A DNA stretch of 45,912 bases from Elusimicrobiota bacterium (GCA_043819795.1 JBDREN010000098.1:1-45912), one strand, 5' to 3'; positions 27,779 through 37,926 are shown, numbered from the stretch's first letter. Numbers and translations: made by a program. Notes: generated by a model not told the origin, from the sequence alone.

Positions 27779-29201
27779 CGCGGGCCCAGCGCTTGTCGTT
27801 GCCCTCGACCAGGGTCCAGGGAGCGTACTCGGTGCTGGTGCGCTCGATCGTCTCGCAGGCCGCCGCCTCGTAGGCGCCCCACTTCTCGCGGTTGCGCCAG
27901 TCCTCCTCGGTGAGCTTGTACTGCTTGTAGGGCTTGAGCTTCCGGTCCTTGAACCGGCTGAGCTGCTCCTCGGGAGTGATCGCGATCCAGAACTTGACCA
28001 GGATGATCCCGAAGTCGGTGAGCTGCCCCTCGAAGTCATTGATCTCGTTGTAGGCGCGCTTCCAGGCCTCGGGGGCGCAGAAGCCCTCCAGCCGCTCCAC
28101 CAGCACGCGCCCGTACCAGGAGCGGTCGTAGATGCCCACGCGCCCCAGCCGCGGCAGGTCCCGCCAGAAGCGCCACAGATGGGGATGGGCCCGCTCGTCG
28201 CCGGTGGGCGCGGCCGTGGAGATCACCCGGTAGAGCCTGGCGTCGATGGCCCGCGTCATGCGGCGGATGACCCCGCCCTTGCCGGCCGCGTCCGGCCCCT
28301 CGAAGAGCAGGATCATGGAGCGTCCCTTGCGCCTGAGGCTCCGCGTGAGCACGCTGAGCCTCGCCTGGCTCTTGGCCAGCCGGTCCTTGTATTCCTTCAG
28401 GCCCAGCTTCAGGCCGTAGTCCAGGCTGTTGAGCGCGTTGACCCGCTTGGGCCGGGGCGTGTCCGGCTCCCGGGCCGGAGCGGGCCGCGCCGCCTCCTTG
28501 ACCCTGGCCCGGACGGCGCGCGCGAGCGTCTTGGCCGCGGTCAGGGCCGTATGGTGCCGGTCCGTCGCCTCGATCACGTGCCACGGGGCCTTGCCCGTGC
28601 TGGTCGTGCGCAGGGCCCGCTCGGAGAACCTCCGGAAGCGGTCGTAGCGCTCGAAGAAGCTCCAGTCCCGCTTGGTCACGCGCCAGCTGGTGTCCGGGTC
28701 CTCGGCCAGCTTCGCGAGCCGCTTCTTCTGCGTCTTCTCGGAGAGATGGAGCCAGAGCTTGACGATGAGCGCGCCCTCGCGCGTCAACATGTTCTCGAGG
28801 TCCCGGATGCGGCGCAGCTCGGCCTCGAAGGAGCGGTCCTTCATCCTCTTGAACACCCGGTCCACGATCGGGTCGGTATACCACGACCCCAGGAACACGC
28901 CCATCTTGCCCTTGGGAGGCAGCATGCGCCAGAACCGCCAGAGGCGCGGGCGCTCGCGCTCCTCGTCCGTGGAGTCCCAGGGGGCGTGGACCTCGATGCC
29001 GCGCGCGTCCATCCATTCCAGGAGCAGGTTGACCAAAGACGTCTTCCCGGCGGCCTCCACTCCCGAGACCAGGAGGATCACGGGGAAGTCCGCGGACGCG
29101 AGCTTCTTCTGGATCGCGAGAAGCTCGGTGCGCAGCTTGGGCTCTTCTTTCTTGAAGTCCTGCTTGGAAACCTTCGCTCCGATCTCGGCCGATTCGAACA
29201 T
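27729..29201 (-). CDS. pap: Class II (two-domain) polyphosphate kinase 2, polyphosphate:AMP phosphotransferase
   Basis: MFESAEIG start (ATG 29201); two PPK2 domains, SGVEAAGK...GSWY and FEGPDAAGKGG...YDRSWYGRVLVER...KLTEEDWRNREKW. Confidence 0.95.
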   Translation of the reverse strand: MFESAEIGAKVSKQDFKKEEPKLRTELLAIQKKLASADFPVILLVSGVEAAGKTSLVNLLLEWMDARGIEVHAPWDSTDEERERPRLWRFWRMLPPKGKMGVFLGSWYTDPIVDRVFKRMKDRSFEAELRRIRDLENMLTREGALIVKLWLHLSEKTQKKRLAKLAEDPDTSWRVTKRDWSFFERYDRFRRFSERALRTTSTGKAPWHVIEATDRHHTALTAAKTLARAVRARVKEAARPAPAREPDTPRPKRVNALNSLDYGLKLGLKEYKDRLAKSQARLSVLTRSLRRKGRSMILLFEGPDAAGKGGVIRRMTRAIDARLYRVISTAAPTGDERAHPHLWRFWRDLPRLGRVGIYDRSWYGRVLVERLEGFCAPEAWKRAYNEINDFEGQLTDFGIILVKFWIAITPEEQLSRFKDRKLKPYKQYKLTEEDWRNREKWGAYEAAACETIERTSTEYAPWTLVEGNDKRWARVKAIGTVVDRLGKELG

Positions 29202-29206
29202 GATCG

Positions 29207-30169
29207 TTAACGCTCCTCTATCAGGACGGCCGCTCCCAGCACCGCGGCGTCGTCGCCCAGCTCCGAGGCCGCCACCCGGCACCGGGCCAGCCCCTTGAAA
29301 AACGGGTCCGCGTCCATCTTCTTGCGCACCACCGGAAGGATGTACTTGCCGCACGCCTCGATGAGGCCGCCGCCGAAAATGAAGAGCTCGGGGTCGAACA
29401 CGTGCCTCAGCGTGACGCAGGCGCTCCCGAGGTGCTCGGCGGCCTCCTTCACCACGCGAGAAACCACCGGATCCCCGCGCTTGAGCGCCTTTCGGAGCAC
29501 CCCGCTCTTGATCACGCCGAGCTTGCCCTTGTTGAGCTTCTTGATGGAGGTTCTCTTGCCGCCTTTCACGGCGCGCCGGATCTCGCGCTCGATGGCTCTC
29601 CTGCCGGCCAAAGCCTCGAGGCAGCCGCGGTTGCCGCAGCCGCACTTGGGCCCTTTGAGCGCGATCTTCATGTGCCCGACCTCGGCCCCGGCCCCGTTGG
29701 CGCCGCGAAGGAGCCTCCCGTCCACGATCACGCCCCCGCCGATCCCGGTCCCGGGGAAGATGCCGACCAGGTCCCTCACGCCCCTGCCCGCGCCGAGCCT
29801 AGCCTCGCCCAGCACGGCCAGGTTCACGTCGTTGTCCACGGCGACCGGGACCCGGAAGCGCTTCCTCAAAGCCGCGCCCATGGGGAAGCCGCTCAGATTG
29901 ATGTTGGGCGCGGACACGACCCGCCCGGAACGGACGTCGACGATCCCGGGCACGCCCACGCCCATTCCCTTCAAGCTCGACGGCCGCACCCCGGCGTCGT
30001 CCAGGACGCCTTTCACGGCCGCGCGGACCGCGGCGAACACTTCGGCGGGAGGCGCGTCGGCGGGCGTAGCCTCCTTGCGGCGCTCGAGGATGCGCCGCCC
30101 CCCGCTCACCAGCGCGGCCAGGATCTTGGTGCCGCCTATATCCACCCCGATGGCAAGGTCTTTCCCCAT
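29207..30169 (-). CDS. ROK-family sugar kinase (glucokinase-like)
   Basis: IGVDIGGTKI, DNDVNLA, GTGIGGG, EVGHM, CGCGNRGCLEA, LGDDAAVLGAA. Confidence 0.93.
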   Translation of the reverse strand: MGKDLAIGVDIGGTKILAALVSGGRRILERRKEATPADAPPAEVFAAVRAAVKGVLDDAGVRPSSLKGMGVGVPGIVDVRSGRVVSAPNINLSGFPMGAALRKRFRVPVAVDNDVNLAVLGEARLGAGRGVRDLVGIFPGTGIGGGVIVDGRLLRGANGAGAEVGHMKIALKGPKCGCGNRGCLEALAGRRAIEREIRRAVKGGKRTSIKKLNKGKLGVIKSGVLRKALKRGDPVVSRVVKEAAEHLGSACVTLRHVFDPELFIFGGGLIEACGKYILPVVRKKMDADPFFKGLARCRVAASELGDDAAVLGAAVLIEER

Positions 30170-30260
30170 AGATACGATTATATTATTCCCTCAGCCCTCT
30201 TTGCATCATGGTCCGGGGGCTTGCGGAGGCGACTCCGGGCAAGCTAACATTTGCCCTGCC

Positions 30261-31286
30261 ATGAAAAAGACACCACTGTTGCCGACCGTCGCAGCCGCGC
30301 TCATCTCCCTGTCCCCACTCGGGCTCAGGCCGGCCTTCGCCCAGACCCTGACCAACGACTCCGTCATCCAGATGGCCGGGCTGGGACTCGATGATGAGAT
30401 CATCTTGACGAAGATCCAGTCCGCGGGATGCGATTTCGACACCTCGCCATCGGCCCTTGCCGCCCTCAAGAAGGCCGGGGTGAGCACCCCCGTGGTCAAG
30501 GCCATGATCCAGGCTCCTTGCGGCAAGCCCCCCGAGCCGGAGGTCGAGGCCGAGCCCGCCCGGACCCTGGAGGAGGCGCCCCCCGAGCCGGAGGCGCCGA
30601 GCGCGGGGAACGACATCCCCGGCGGGATGGCGTTCGTCAAAGGCGGCTGCTTCCAGATGGGCGACACCTTCACCAAGAACCCGTTCAAGAAGAACGCCCA
30701 CGAGGTGTGCCTCGACGACTTCCTGATGGACAAGACCGAGGTCACCCAGGCGGCCTACGAGAAGGCCGTGGGCGAAAACCCTTCCCACCTCAAAGGCTGC
30801 GCCGATTGCCCCGTCGAGACGGTCTCCTGGCACGACGCGGACGACTACTGCCGGAAGATCGGCAAGCGCCTGCCCACCGAGGCGGAATGGGAATACGCGG
30901 CCCGGGAGGGCGGCGAGCGCGTGCGCTGGTCCGGCACGAGCGAGCTGACCGAGCTCTCCGAATACGCCTGGTACAAAGGCAACTCCGGCGGGAAGGTCCA
31001 GCCCGTGGGGCGCAAGAAGCCCAACAAGCTGGGCCTGCACGACATGACCGGGAACGTCTGGGAGTGGGTCCGGGATTTCTTCTCCACCAAGTACTACAAG
31101 AAAGGTCCCAAACATAGTCCGCCGGGACCCCAGAGAGGCTTCCCCATGCAGTTCAAAGGCCATCACGTGATCCGGGGCGGCGGCGTGACCTCCGGGCCGA
31201 GCGAGATCGAGGCGGCCCTGCGCTTCCCGAACCACCGCAAGGCCAAGGGCCTGCGCGGCGGGTTCCGCTGCGCCCAGTCCCCCTGA
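30261..31286 (+). CDS. Secreted FGE-sulfatase (SUMF1/PvdO-like) domain protein
   Basis: Signal peptide from ATG 30261, short helical N-domain, Pro/Glu linker, GGCFQMG, RLPTEAEWEYAAR, PNKLGLHDMTGNVWEWV, VIRGG, GFRCA. Confidence 0.92.
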   Translation: MKKTPLLPTVAAALISLSPLGLRPAFAQTLTNDSVIQMAGLGLDDEIILTKIQSAGCDFDTSPSALAALKKAGVSTPVVKAMIQAPCGKPPEPEVEAEPARTLEEAPPEPEAPSAGNDIPGGMAFVKGGCFQMGDTFTKNPFKKNAHEVCLDDFLMDKTEVTQAAYEKAVGENPSHLKGCADCPVETVSWHDADDYCRKIGKRLPTEAEWEYAAREGGERVRWSGTSELTELSEYAWYKGNSGGKVQPVGRKKPNKLGLHDMTGNVWEWVRDFFSTKYYKKGPKHSPPGPQRGFPMQFKGHHVIRGGGVTSGPSEIEAALRFPNHRKAKGLRGGFRCAQSP

Positions 31287-31304
31287 CGCGGCCGCCGAAA
31301 GACC

Positions 31305-31558
31305 ATGAAAGGCTCCGATGACCTCCGCCGCTCCCTCCTGCGCATAGACGGCCGGAGCTACCGGGCGCACAAGGACATCCAGGGAGTTTACTCGTTCCCG
31401 GGATTCTCCCTTCATATAGACCATGTCCAGGGAGACCCCTTCGCCTCCCCTTCCGATGCGCGCGCGGCGAGCGGCACCCCGGCGACTTCGCCAGGCCGCG
31501 CAAGCACGAGATCGCGGCCGCGATCAACCGCCTGCGCACCCTGCGCATCGGGCGGTAG
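31305..31558 (+). pseudogene. Internally deleted ABC-ATPase-domain (PF09818-like) gene
   Basis: N-terminus LRRSLLRIDGRSYRAHKDIQG.Y.F..F.L.IDHVQGDPFASPS joined out of frame to the family C-terminus GDFARPRKHEIAAAINRLRTLRIGR* (TAG 31556-31558); ATPase core missing. Confidence 0.8.
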
Positions 31559-31589
31559 GTCCCGCCTCAGTCTTTTTTAGGAAAAGCCG

Positions 31590-31671
31590 GGCGTCATGCA
31601 TTGAGTTCATTGAGTTGTTTGAGTAACCGGCTGGGTGGGCGGCTGCTGTTCGAACAATGAGAGCCTGACGC
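31590..31671. repeat. Degenerate member of the GGYGTCAGG/9-nt-period element family
   Basis: ggcgtcatgca-ttgagttca-ttgagttgt-ttgagtaac...gcctgacgc, between convergent gene ends. Confidence 0.6.
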
Positions 31672-31682
31672 GGGCCGGCCAC

Positions 31683-31772
31683 TCAGAACTGAAGGCAGGT
31701 CAGGGCGAAGGAGATCGCCACAATCACGGCGACCGCCACGATGAACCGCCTCTTCCACGCCGTGCTCATCAT
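31683..31772 (-). CDS. 29-aa single-TM small protein MMSTAWKRRFIVAVAVIVAISFALTCLQF
   Basis: Manual translation (below the ORF-track cutoff); GAGGA RBS, GC3-rich codons, basic patch plus hydrophobic helix, directly downstream of the MliC gene. Confidence 0.55.
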   Translation of the reverse strand: MMSTAWKRRFIVAVAVIVAISFALTCLQF

Positions 31773-31805
31773 GATCTCGTCCTCGCTTCGCCGTCTTCCG
31801 TCCGG

Positions 31806-32477
31806 TCAGTGAAGAGCTTGACCGCAGCCCGTAAGCCTCTCGCCGTTGAGCGCCAGTGCGACCGCCGCCCCGAACCGCCTTCCGCTCATGGAGTCCCGGC
31901 AGGGCCCCGCCCGCAGCGTGACCTCGAGACTGTTCTCCCCGTCCCCCGTCAGGTAGACCGTCATGAGCCTCTCCCGGTCCTCGCGGGGCTTTAGCAGGGG
32001 GAATTCCATCCGGGTCGCGCCGTAGTCCGTGACGAGCAGGATGCTCCCGTGCCCGATCTCGAGCGTCCAGCCCGGTTCGTTACCCGACGCCCAGAAATCC
32101 TTTCCCGACAGCTTCACACTCTCCAGCCGCGAGCTCAAGGGGTCCTCGCGGCACCTGTCCGCGACGCCGTCATCGGCGCGTACCGTGGCCGTCCGGCCCT
32201 TGCTCCAGAACTCGGCGCCTTCCCCGACGTAACGCGCCCCGGAGGCCGAACGCGCGCGCTTAAGCCGCAGCGTACCCCCGGGCAGGAAAAGCCACACTTC
32301 ATCTTGCCGGCCCATGAAGTCGGCCACGATGTACTTCCCGCTCTCGCACTCGTACGCCGCGGCCCGGAGCGCCGCGCGTCCCGCCGCGGCCGTCTCGGGC
32401 CGCTCCGGCCGGGCGCCCCGCGCGCCGGCGCAGCCGACCGCCGCCGCGAACGACAGCATCAAGACCGCCCTTTTCAT
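31806..32477 (-). CDS. Lipoprotein with MliC lysozyme-inhibitor domain fused to a COG3650-like domain
   Basis: Lipobox AVG-C; YECESG...RSASGARY...FWSKG (MliC); ASGNEPGW.LEI...CRDSMSG...LTGCG (COG3650-like). Confidence 0.85.
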   Translation of the reverse strand: MKRAVLMLSFAAAVGCAGARGARPERPETAAAGRAALRAAAYECESGKYIVADFMGRQDEVWLFLPGGTLRLKRARSASGARYVGEGAEFWSKGRTATVRADDGVADRCREDPLSSRLESVKLSGKDFWASGNEPGWTLEIGHGSILLVTDYGATRMEFPLLKPREDRERLMTVYLTGDGENSLEVTLRAGPCRDSMSGRRFGAAVALALNGERLTGCGQALH

Positions 32478-32514
32478 GGGCCGGACACCGGTCGACCGAT
32501 CCGGCGCCGGGAAG

Positions 32515-33222
32515 CTATTTCGGCCCCTTCTTGGGGTAAAGGCTGCGGTAATAGGAATGGCCGGTCAACTCCAGGGAATCAATATCCACATACAAAGAGA
32601 GCATCATCTGGGCGTAATGCGTCTCGCTATAGTCACGGTCTACGAAGTGATAGTCGAATTGATAGCGATTGCGCCAGTAGTCGGCGTACATATGCCTCCA
32701 TACGCCATGGTAGCCTTGATCGAGAAGATCATCTATGAGCGCCTGAGCTTCCTCGCCGTTTCTGACCAGCTCATAGGCGATCTTGAATCCCTCATCCACG
32801 CCCTGGTAAAGCTCGCAGGACCCGTCCGGGTAGCGGACGGCGATGGGAATGCGGTAGTTCATCCCTCCCCAGAAGCCGGCGGTGCGCAGGTATATCACCG
32901 TCCCGGCCGGGTACGTCCCGGACAGGATCCATTTGATGCTGAGGCGGTAGTCCTGTTTCAGCTCATAGCGGTGCAGATCGTTCCAATGCGACTTCCTGAC
33001 CCTCATGGAGACATAGTAGGGATTCTCCGCCTCCCACTTGCCGATGTCGCCGTTTGCCGGGTTATTCCACAGGCTCCAGAAGTTGCGCTCCATATTGTCG
33101 AACTGCAGCTCGGCGTTCTTGTCGGCCACGGCGGCGGCATCCGCGCTCTGAAACGCCGCGGATGTGAGCGACACGCTGATCAGCCCCGCCAGCAGGACCG
33201 CGATCCCTCTATTCTCTTTCAT
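32515..33222 (-). CDS. Secreted Tyr/Trp-rich hypothetical protein
   Basis: ggagg RBS, ATG 33222, signal peptide MKENRGIAVLLAGLISVSLTSAAF; visibly more AT-rich than its neighbours; own promoter at 33264-33292. Confidence 0.75.
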   Translation of the reverse strand: MKENRGIAVLLAGLISVSLTSAAFQSADAAAVADKNAELQFDNMERNFWSLWNNPANGDIGKWEAENPYYVSMRVRKSHWNDLHRYELKQDYRLSIKWILSGTYPAGTVIYLRTAGFWGGMNYRIPIAVRYPDGSCELYQGVDEGFKIAYELVRNGEEAQALIDDLLDQGYHGVWRHMYADYWRNRYQFDYHFVDRDYSETHYAQMMLSLYVDIDSLELTGHSYYRSLYPKKGPK

Positions 33223-33263
33223 TTCCGCACCCTCCGCCCGGATCGTTCTATTCAATTGGCCAT

Positions 33264-33358
33264 ATTATGTAGCCTAATCGCTGTCTTTTCAAGGACAGCT
33301 CGCTGACAATCATATTGAAATAGTGTCTATAAAACCGGTATGAAAAAATCTTGTCAGC
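33264..33358 (-). promoter_or_regulatory. Sigma70-type promoter with conserved upstream operator architecture (copy 2)
   Basis: Minus strand TTGAAA (33292-33287), 17 nt, CATAAT (33269-33264); TGTCA/TGTCC/AGACA at 11-bp period; CTGAC 33303 and GTCAG 33353. Confidence 0.75.
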
Positions 33359-33510
33359 CAGCTGCGGCGACCAACGCCGCTGATTGCGCGAATTGGGAGA
33401 TCAGCCGCCCCTTCGACCCGCATGGACATGGCTCATGGCGTGGGCGCTTGTGAAAACGGCTCGACGGCATCCCTCACTGAATCGTCGAACCTTTCAAAGT
33501 CGCGCCTTGT

Positions 33511-33540
33511 TTGACGGACACGCGAATAAAGACCTATCAT
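33511..33540 (+). promoter_or_regulatory. Putative sigma70 promoter of the LamG/TSP3 mosaic gene
   Basis: TTGACG 33511-33516, 18 nt, TATCAT 33535-33540. Confidence 0.5.
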
Positions 33541-33695
33541 GATGATTGCCTGCCGCATATGCGAATATTTTCACCTTCCACCCGACGGAAGCGTCCCCCG
33601 AGCCGGACAGGACAGCACGATTTCAGAGATGCGATGACAGTCGCCGCCCGGAGTCCGCGCCGGCTGTCGCGGGGGATCCCAAAGGAGGCCGCGCA

Positions 33696-36600
33696 ATGAA
33701 GAAGAAAGACTTTCTATCGATCGCGTTGTTGACGGTGACGGGCGTGAGCTTGGCCTTGGCCGCAAGCGCGTCGGCCGCGGATTACGACGGCGACGGCATC
33801 GACGACGCGGCCGACAACTGTCCCGCCGTGTCCAACCCGGGGCAAGCCGATACCGACGGCCTCCTGGGCATGGCCTCTTACTGGAAGCTCGACGAAGGCT
33901 CTGGAACGACCGCCGCGGATTCCGCCGGCGGCAATCCGGGGGCTCTTCTCAACGGGGCGGTATGGACGTCCGGCCGGGCCGGCGACGCGATAGAGTTCGA
34001 CGGCTCCGACGACTACGTGCGCAGCCCCGACTCGAGCGCGTTGCCCCTGGGAAACAGCCCCCGGACCATGATGGCATGGATCAGGCCCCAGAGCTTTCCC
34101 GACGGGGCCTACAACGGCATCTTGGCTTACGGCGCGCTGGCGTGCACGGGACACGGCTCGCTTCTATCGATCAGGAACGACGGGCGGCTCTCCCACGCCT
34201 TCTGGTGCGACGACACGCATCAGACCAGCGGCCCGACCGCGACGCTCAACGCGTGGAACCACGCGGCGTTCACATACGACGGCGACTTCGGCAGGCTATA
34301 TCTGAACGGCCAAATGGTCCGGATGCGGATCTTCTCCGCGACCGTGGTGGACACGCTGAACGGCCCCATTCGCATCGGCTGCACCGACGATCCCGGGCGG
34401 TGCTTCGACGGCGCCATCGACGAAGCCGCCATCTACGACCGCGCCCTGAGCGCCCAGGAGATTTCGGCCGTCTATGAGGCGGGACTGGCGGGCCACGGCT
34501 ACGCCGCGGACGGCGTGGGCGACGCCTGCGACAACTGCCCGACCCTCGTCAACCTCGACCAGGCCGACGGCGACGGCGACGGCCAGGGCGACGCCTGCGA
34601 CAACTGCCCCGGCGTCCATAACCCGGACCAGGCGGACCTCGACGGCGACGGCGCCGGGGACGCCTGCGACGATTCCGACGAGGACGGGCTGATCGACGCG
34701 ACGGACAACTGCCCCCTCGCCCATAATGCCGGTCAAAGCGACGCGGACGGCGACGGCCCGGGCGACGCCTGCGACAACTGCCCGGGCGCTCACAACCCCG
34801 GCCAGACGGACTCGGACGGCGACGGCGCCGGCGACGCGTGCGACGCCTATCCCTACGACAGGGACGACGACGGCTTCGACGACGACGCGGACAACTGCCC
34901 GGACACCCCGAGCCCCGATCAAGGCGACGCGGACGGCGACGGCGCGGGCGACGTCTGCGACAACTGCCCGGCCGATTACAACCCGGACCAGGCCGACGAC
35001 GACGGCCTCCTCGACATGGCCGCTTATTGGAGGTTCGACGACGGCGCCGGGACGCTCGCGGAGGATTCCGCCGCCAATCATACGGGGGTCCTGTTCAACG
35101 GGCCGGCATGGACGTCCGGCAAGGCCGGAGGCGCCTTGAGCTTCGACGGCGCGGATGACTACGTCGCGGTCCCGTATCTCTACACGAGCTTCCTCGGGCA
35201 AAACTACAAGGGGCCCGTGACGATCCTCGCGTGGGTCAAGCCCGCGTCCACGGGGAACGGATTCGTCGTGGCGGACGGCAACCGCAACGAGGGCTACATA
35301 AAGGTCGAGGCGCACAACAAGCGGGTGCTCTATGAGTATCAGACGGCCTCATTGACGATGGGCCTGACCGAGTTCGACGGATGGCATTTCGTCGCGCTCG
35401 TGACGACCGGCTACGGCGAATACCTGAGGGCCCATCTGGACGGCCAATATATCGAGCACGCCCAGGCCGCCTGCACGCCCGATTGGTGCGGCCCCGACGG
35501 GGACTTCAACATCGGCGACAGCCTCAAAGGCCTTATCGACGAGGTCGCCGTCTACGACCGCGCTTTAAGCGTCGAGGAGATCCAGACGCGCTATCAGGCC
35601 GGCCTCGCCGGGCACGGCTACGCCTCCGACGGCGTGGGCGACGTGTGCGACAACTGCCCGGCCGTGACCAATCCCGGTCAGGCCGACGGCGACAGCGACG
35701 GGGCGGGAGACGCCTGCGACAACTGCCCGGCGGTCGCCAACCCCGACCAGGCCGACACCCATGTTCCCTCCACGCTCGATGAGCTCGTCTTCACCGTCAA
35801 CCACGCGGACTGCGGCGACCCCTCCACGGAGGTCGGCCGATTCACGTTCTATCTCAACGACGTGAGCCTCGGCTCCTATGAGCCGACGGTGGGCTGCTAT
35901 TGCAACGAAGTGGCGGCGACGTTCGTCCTCAACGACGCCGCGACCATCGCCGCCTTCAATCAGAACGCCCCGAACAGCGTGCGGGTCGACTGGGACTCCC
36001 AGATCGCTGTGGGCTACGTCACGGCAACGGCGATCGGCCCATCGGCGAGCGATACCGTGACGCTGTTCGGAGACCCCGGCTTCCAGGACCTTTGCGCCGG
36101 TGGATACGCGTGGGGCGGAAGCGAGAGCGGCGACATCGCAAAAGCCGACGGCGTCGGAGACGCCTGCGACAACTGCCCGAGCGCCTACAACCCCGCGCAG
36201 ACGGACCTGGACCCCGTCGGCCTGTTCTCCGACGACTTCGAGGACGGGGACGCCGCCGGCTGGCACGAGTACCTGTGGGGCGACGCCGCCGGCACCTTCC
36301 AGATGGCGCCCGGCCATGAGAGCGCCCACTCCGTGAGGCTCCAGAAGACGACCGCCCAGGGAGCGCAGTACCTGTCGATCCCCTTAGCGGACCTGGACCC
36401 GGACTTCCCGGGGAGCACCTACACCGTCGAGGTCATGGTCAAGGCCGAGCAGAACGACGGCGACGGCTTCTGGATCGGGGCCGACTGGTGGGGCCCGAGC
36501 CTGTCCTACGGCGGGAGCTGGGGAGACAACCAGGCAGGCGCCTTCGACTGGAAGCGCTACACCCGGACGTTCACCGTGCCGGCGACCGCCGAAGAGGGCA

Positions 36601-37916
36601 ACTTCTTTATCGGAAACGCCTGGGCGCAGCAGAGCATCCTCTACCTCGACAGCGTGAAGATCGTCAAGCGCGCGGGCGACGGCGTGGGAGACGCCTGCGA
36701 CAACTGCCCCGGACTGCACAACCCCGGCCAGCCCGACACCGACGCGGACGACGTGGGCGACGCCTGCGACAACTGCCCCGACGCCCACAACCCGGGGCAG
36801 GGGGACGAGTCATCCGAGCGGTTCTTCGAGGACTTTGAGGACGGCGACGCGGGCGGCATCGTGACCGTGGGCCCGGGAGCCTGGACCGTAGAAAACGGGA
36901 AATACCGCCTGGTCAGCTCCGTGTGCGGCGACGGGGCCTTGATGCCGGCGGGGACGCTGTCCGATTACTCCATCGAGACGAAGATAACCGTGGACGCCGT
37001 TCCCGCGTGGGGCTGGGTCGGCTACATGCTGAGGACCCAGTCGGACAACCCGAACAACTGGGGGCCCGGCTATCTCGTCATCTTCGGCACGACCCGGGCC
37101 GAGCTCTTCACCACGGACCCCTGGCGGTCGATCGCCACCGCTCCCGTCGGCTTCACGGCGGGCCAGGAGTTCACGGCGAGGGCGGTGCTGGTGGGGGACA
37201 ACATCAAAATCTACAGAGACGACGAGCTGCTCCTGGACGTAAACGACGGCACCTACGCGTCCGGTTACACGACGATCCTCGAGTGCGAGACGACCGAGCT
37301 GCGCTTCGACGACATTAGAGTGGTCGAGTTCGCGGCGGACGGCGCGGGCGACGCCTGTGACTGCAAAGACGACGGCATCTGCACCGCGGCCCAGTACTGC
37401 GTCGACCACGGAACGTACGATCCCGACTGCTGCGCCGACGCGGACCACGACGGCTACCCCGGCACGCCCGCGGGCTGCGGCCCGGACTGCGACGACGCCG
37501 ACGCCCAGGTCAACCCCGGCATGCCCGAGACTTACTGCAATGGCGTGGACGACGACTGTGACGCGCAGACCCTCGACAATCCCGACGTGGACTCAGACGG
37601 CGTGGCGTACTGCCACGACAAGTGCCGCGGCACGGCCGCGCCCGAGGCTTCGGTGCCGGGCGAGGAGCTGGGCACAAACCGGTTCGCCATCACCACGGGG
37701 ACCCGGCAGGACGATTATTACCTGTTCGACACCAGGGCGCCCAAGGGCAAGGGGCCGCGCAGGTCATTCACCACGGAAAGCACCTACGGGTGCAGCTGCG
37801 AGCAGATCCTGGCCACCACGTCGGACGAGATGAAGGGCCACCACAAGTCCGGCTGCTCGATCGGCGTGATGGAGGACTGGGCGGACAACGGCGTGCTCGA
37901 CGAGCACCAGCCGTAG
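33696..37916 (+). CDS. Large secreted Ca-binding mosaic protein (1406 aa): TSP3 repeats, two LamG domains, CBM-like and DUF1080-like beta domains, MopE-like metal-binding motif, Cys-rich C-terminus
   Basis: aaggagg RBS, ATG 33696, signal peptide; many DNCP...NP.Q.D.DGDG.GDACD repeats; [10 protein letters not shown]...G.IDE.A.YDRALS LamG; FSDDFEDG and FFEDFEDG domains; [26 protein letters not shown]. Confidence 0.9.
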   Translation: MKKKDFLSIALLTVTGVSLALAASASAADYDGDGIDDAADNCPAVSNPGQADTDGLLGMASYWKLDEGSGTTAADSAGGNPGALLNGAVWTSGRAGDAIEFDGSDDYVRSPDSSALPLGNSPRTMMAWIRPQSFPDGAYNGILAYGALACTGHGSLLSIRNDGRLSHAFWCDDTHQTSGPTATLNAWNHAAFTYDGDFGRLYLNGQMVRMRIFSATVVDTLNGPIRIGCTDDPGRCFDGAIDEAAIYDRALSAQEISAVYEAGLAGHGYAADGVGDACDNCPTLVNLDQADGDGDGQGDACDNCPGVHNPDQADLDGDGAGDACDDSDEDGLIDATDNCPLAHNAGQSDADGDGPGDACDNCPGAHNPGQTDSDGDGAGDACDAYPYDRDDDGFDDDADNCPDTPSPDQGDADGDGAGDVCDNCPADYNPDQADDDGLLDMAAYWRFDDGAGTLAEDSAANHTGVLFNGPAWTSGKAGGALSFDGADDYVAVPYLYTSFLGQNYKGPVTILAWVKPASTGNGFVVADGNRNEGYIKVEAHNKRVLYEYQTASLTMGLTEFDGWHFVALVTTGYGEYLRAHLDGQYIEHAQAACTPDWCGPDGDFNIGDSLKGLIDEVAVYDRALSVEEIQTRYQAGLAGHGYASDGVGDVCDNCPAVTNPGQADGDSDGAGDACDNCPAVANPDQADTHVPSTLDELVFTVNHADCGDPSTEVGRFTFYLNDVSLGSYEPTVGCYCNEVAATFVLNDAATIAAFNQNAPNSVRVDWDSQIAVGYVTATAIGPSASDTVTLFGDPGFQDLCAGGYAWGGSESGDIAKADGVGDACDNCPSAYNPAQTDLDPVGLFSDDFEDGDAAGWHEYLWGDAAGTFQMAPGHESAHSVRLQKTTAQGAQYLSIPLADLDPDFPGSTYTVEVMVKAEQNDGDGFWIGADWWGPSLSYGGSWGDNQAGAFDWKRYTRTFTVPATAEEGNFFIGNAWAQQSILYLDSVKIVKRAGDGVGDACDNCPGLHNPGQPDTDADDVGDACDNCPDAHNPGQGDESSERFFEDFEDGDAGGIVTVGPGAWTVENGKYRLVSSVCGDGALMPAGTLSDYSIETKITVDAVPAWGWVGYMLRTQSDNPNNWGPGYLVIFGTTRAELFTTDPWRSIATAPVGFTAGQEFTARAVLVGDNIKIYRDDELLLDVNDGTYASGYTTILECETTELRFDDIRVVEFAADGAGDACDCKDDGICTAAQYCVDHGTYDPDCCADADHDGYPGTPAGCGPDCDDADAQVNPGMPETYCNGVDDDCDAQTLDNPDVDSDGVAYCHDKCRGTAAPEASVPGEELGTNRFAITTGTRQDDYYLFDTRAPKGKGPRRSFTTESTYGCSCEQILATTSDEMKGHHKSGCSIGVMEDWADNGVLDEHQP

Positions 37917-37926
37917 CCGCTTCGTA

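Noticed and set aside
29207..30169. Calling the ROK kinase polyphosphate glucokinase (ppgK)
   Set aside because: It retains the CxCGxxGC zinc motif typical of ATP-dependent ROK kinases; context alone is insufficient
30261..31286. FGE/C-type-lectin-fold protein as a diversity-generating retroelement target
   Set aside because: No template repeat matching its 3' end and no reverse transcriptase seen in the window; differences among the LamG repeats are also not adenine-specific
32314..33306. 330-aa + strand ORF
   Set aside because: Antisense to the signal-peptide ORF 32515-33222, which has the RBS and promoter
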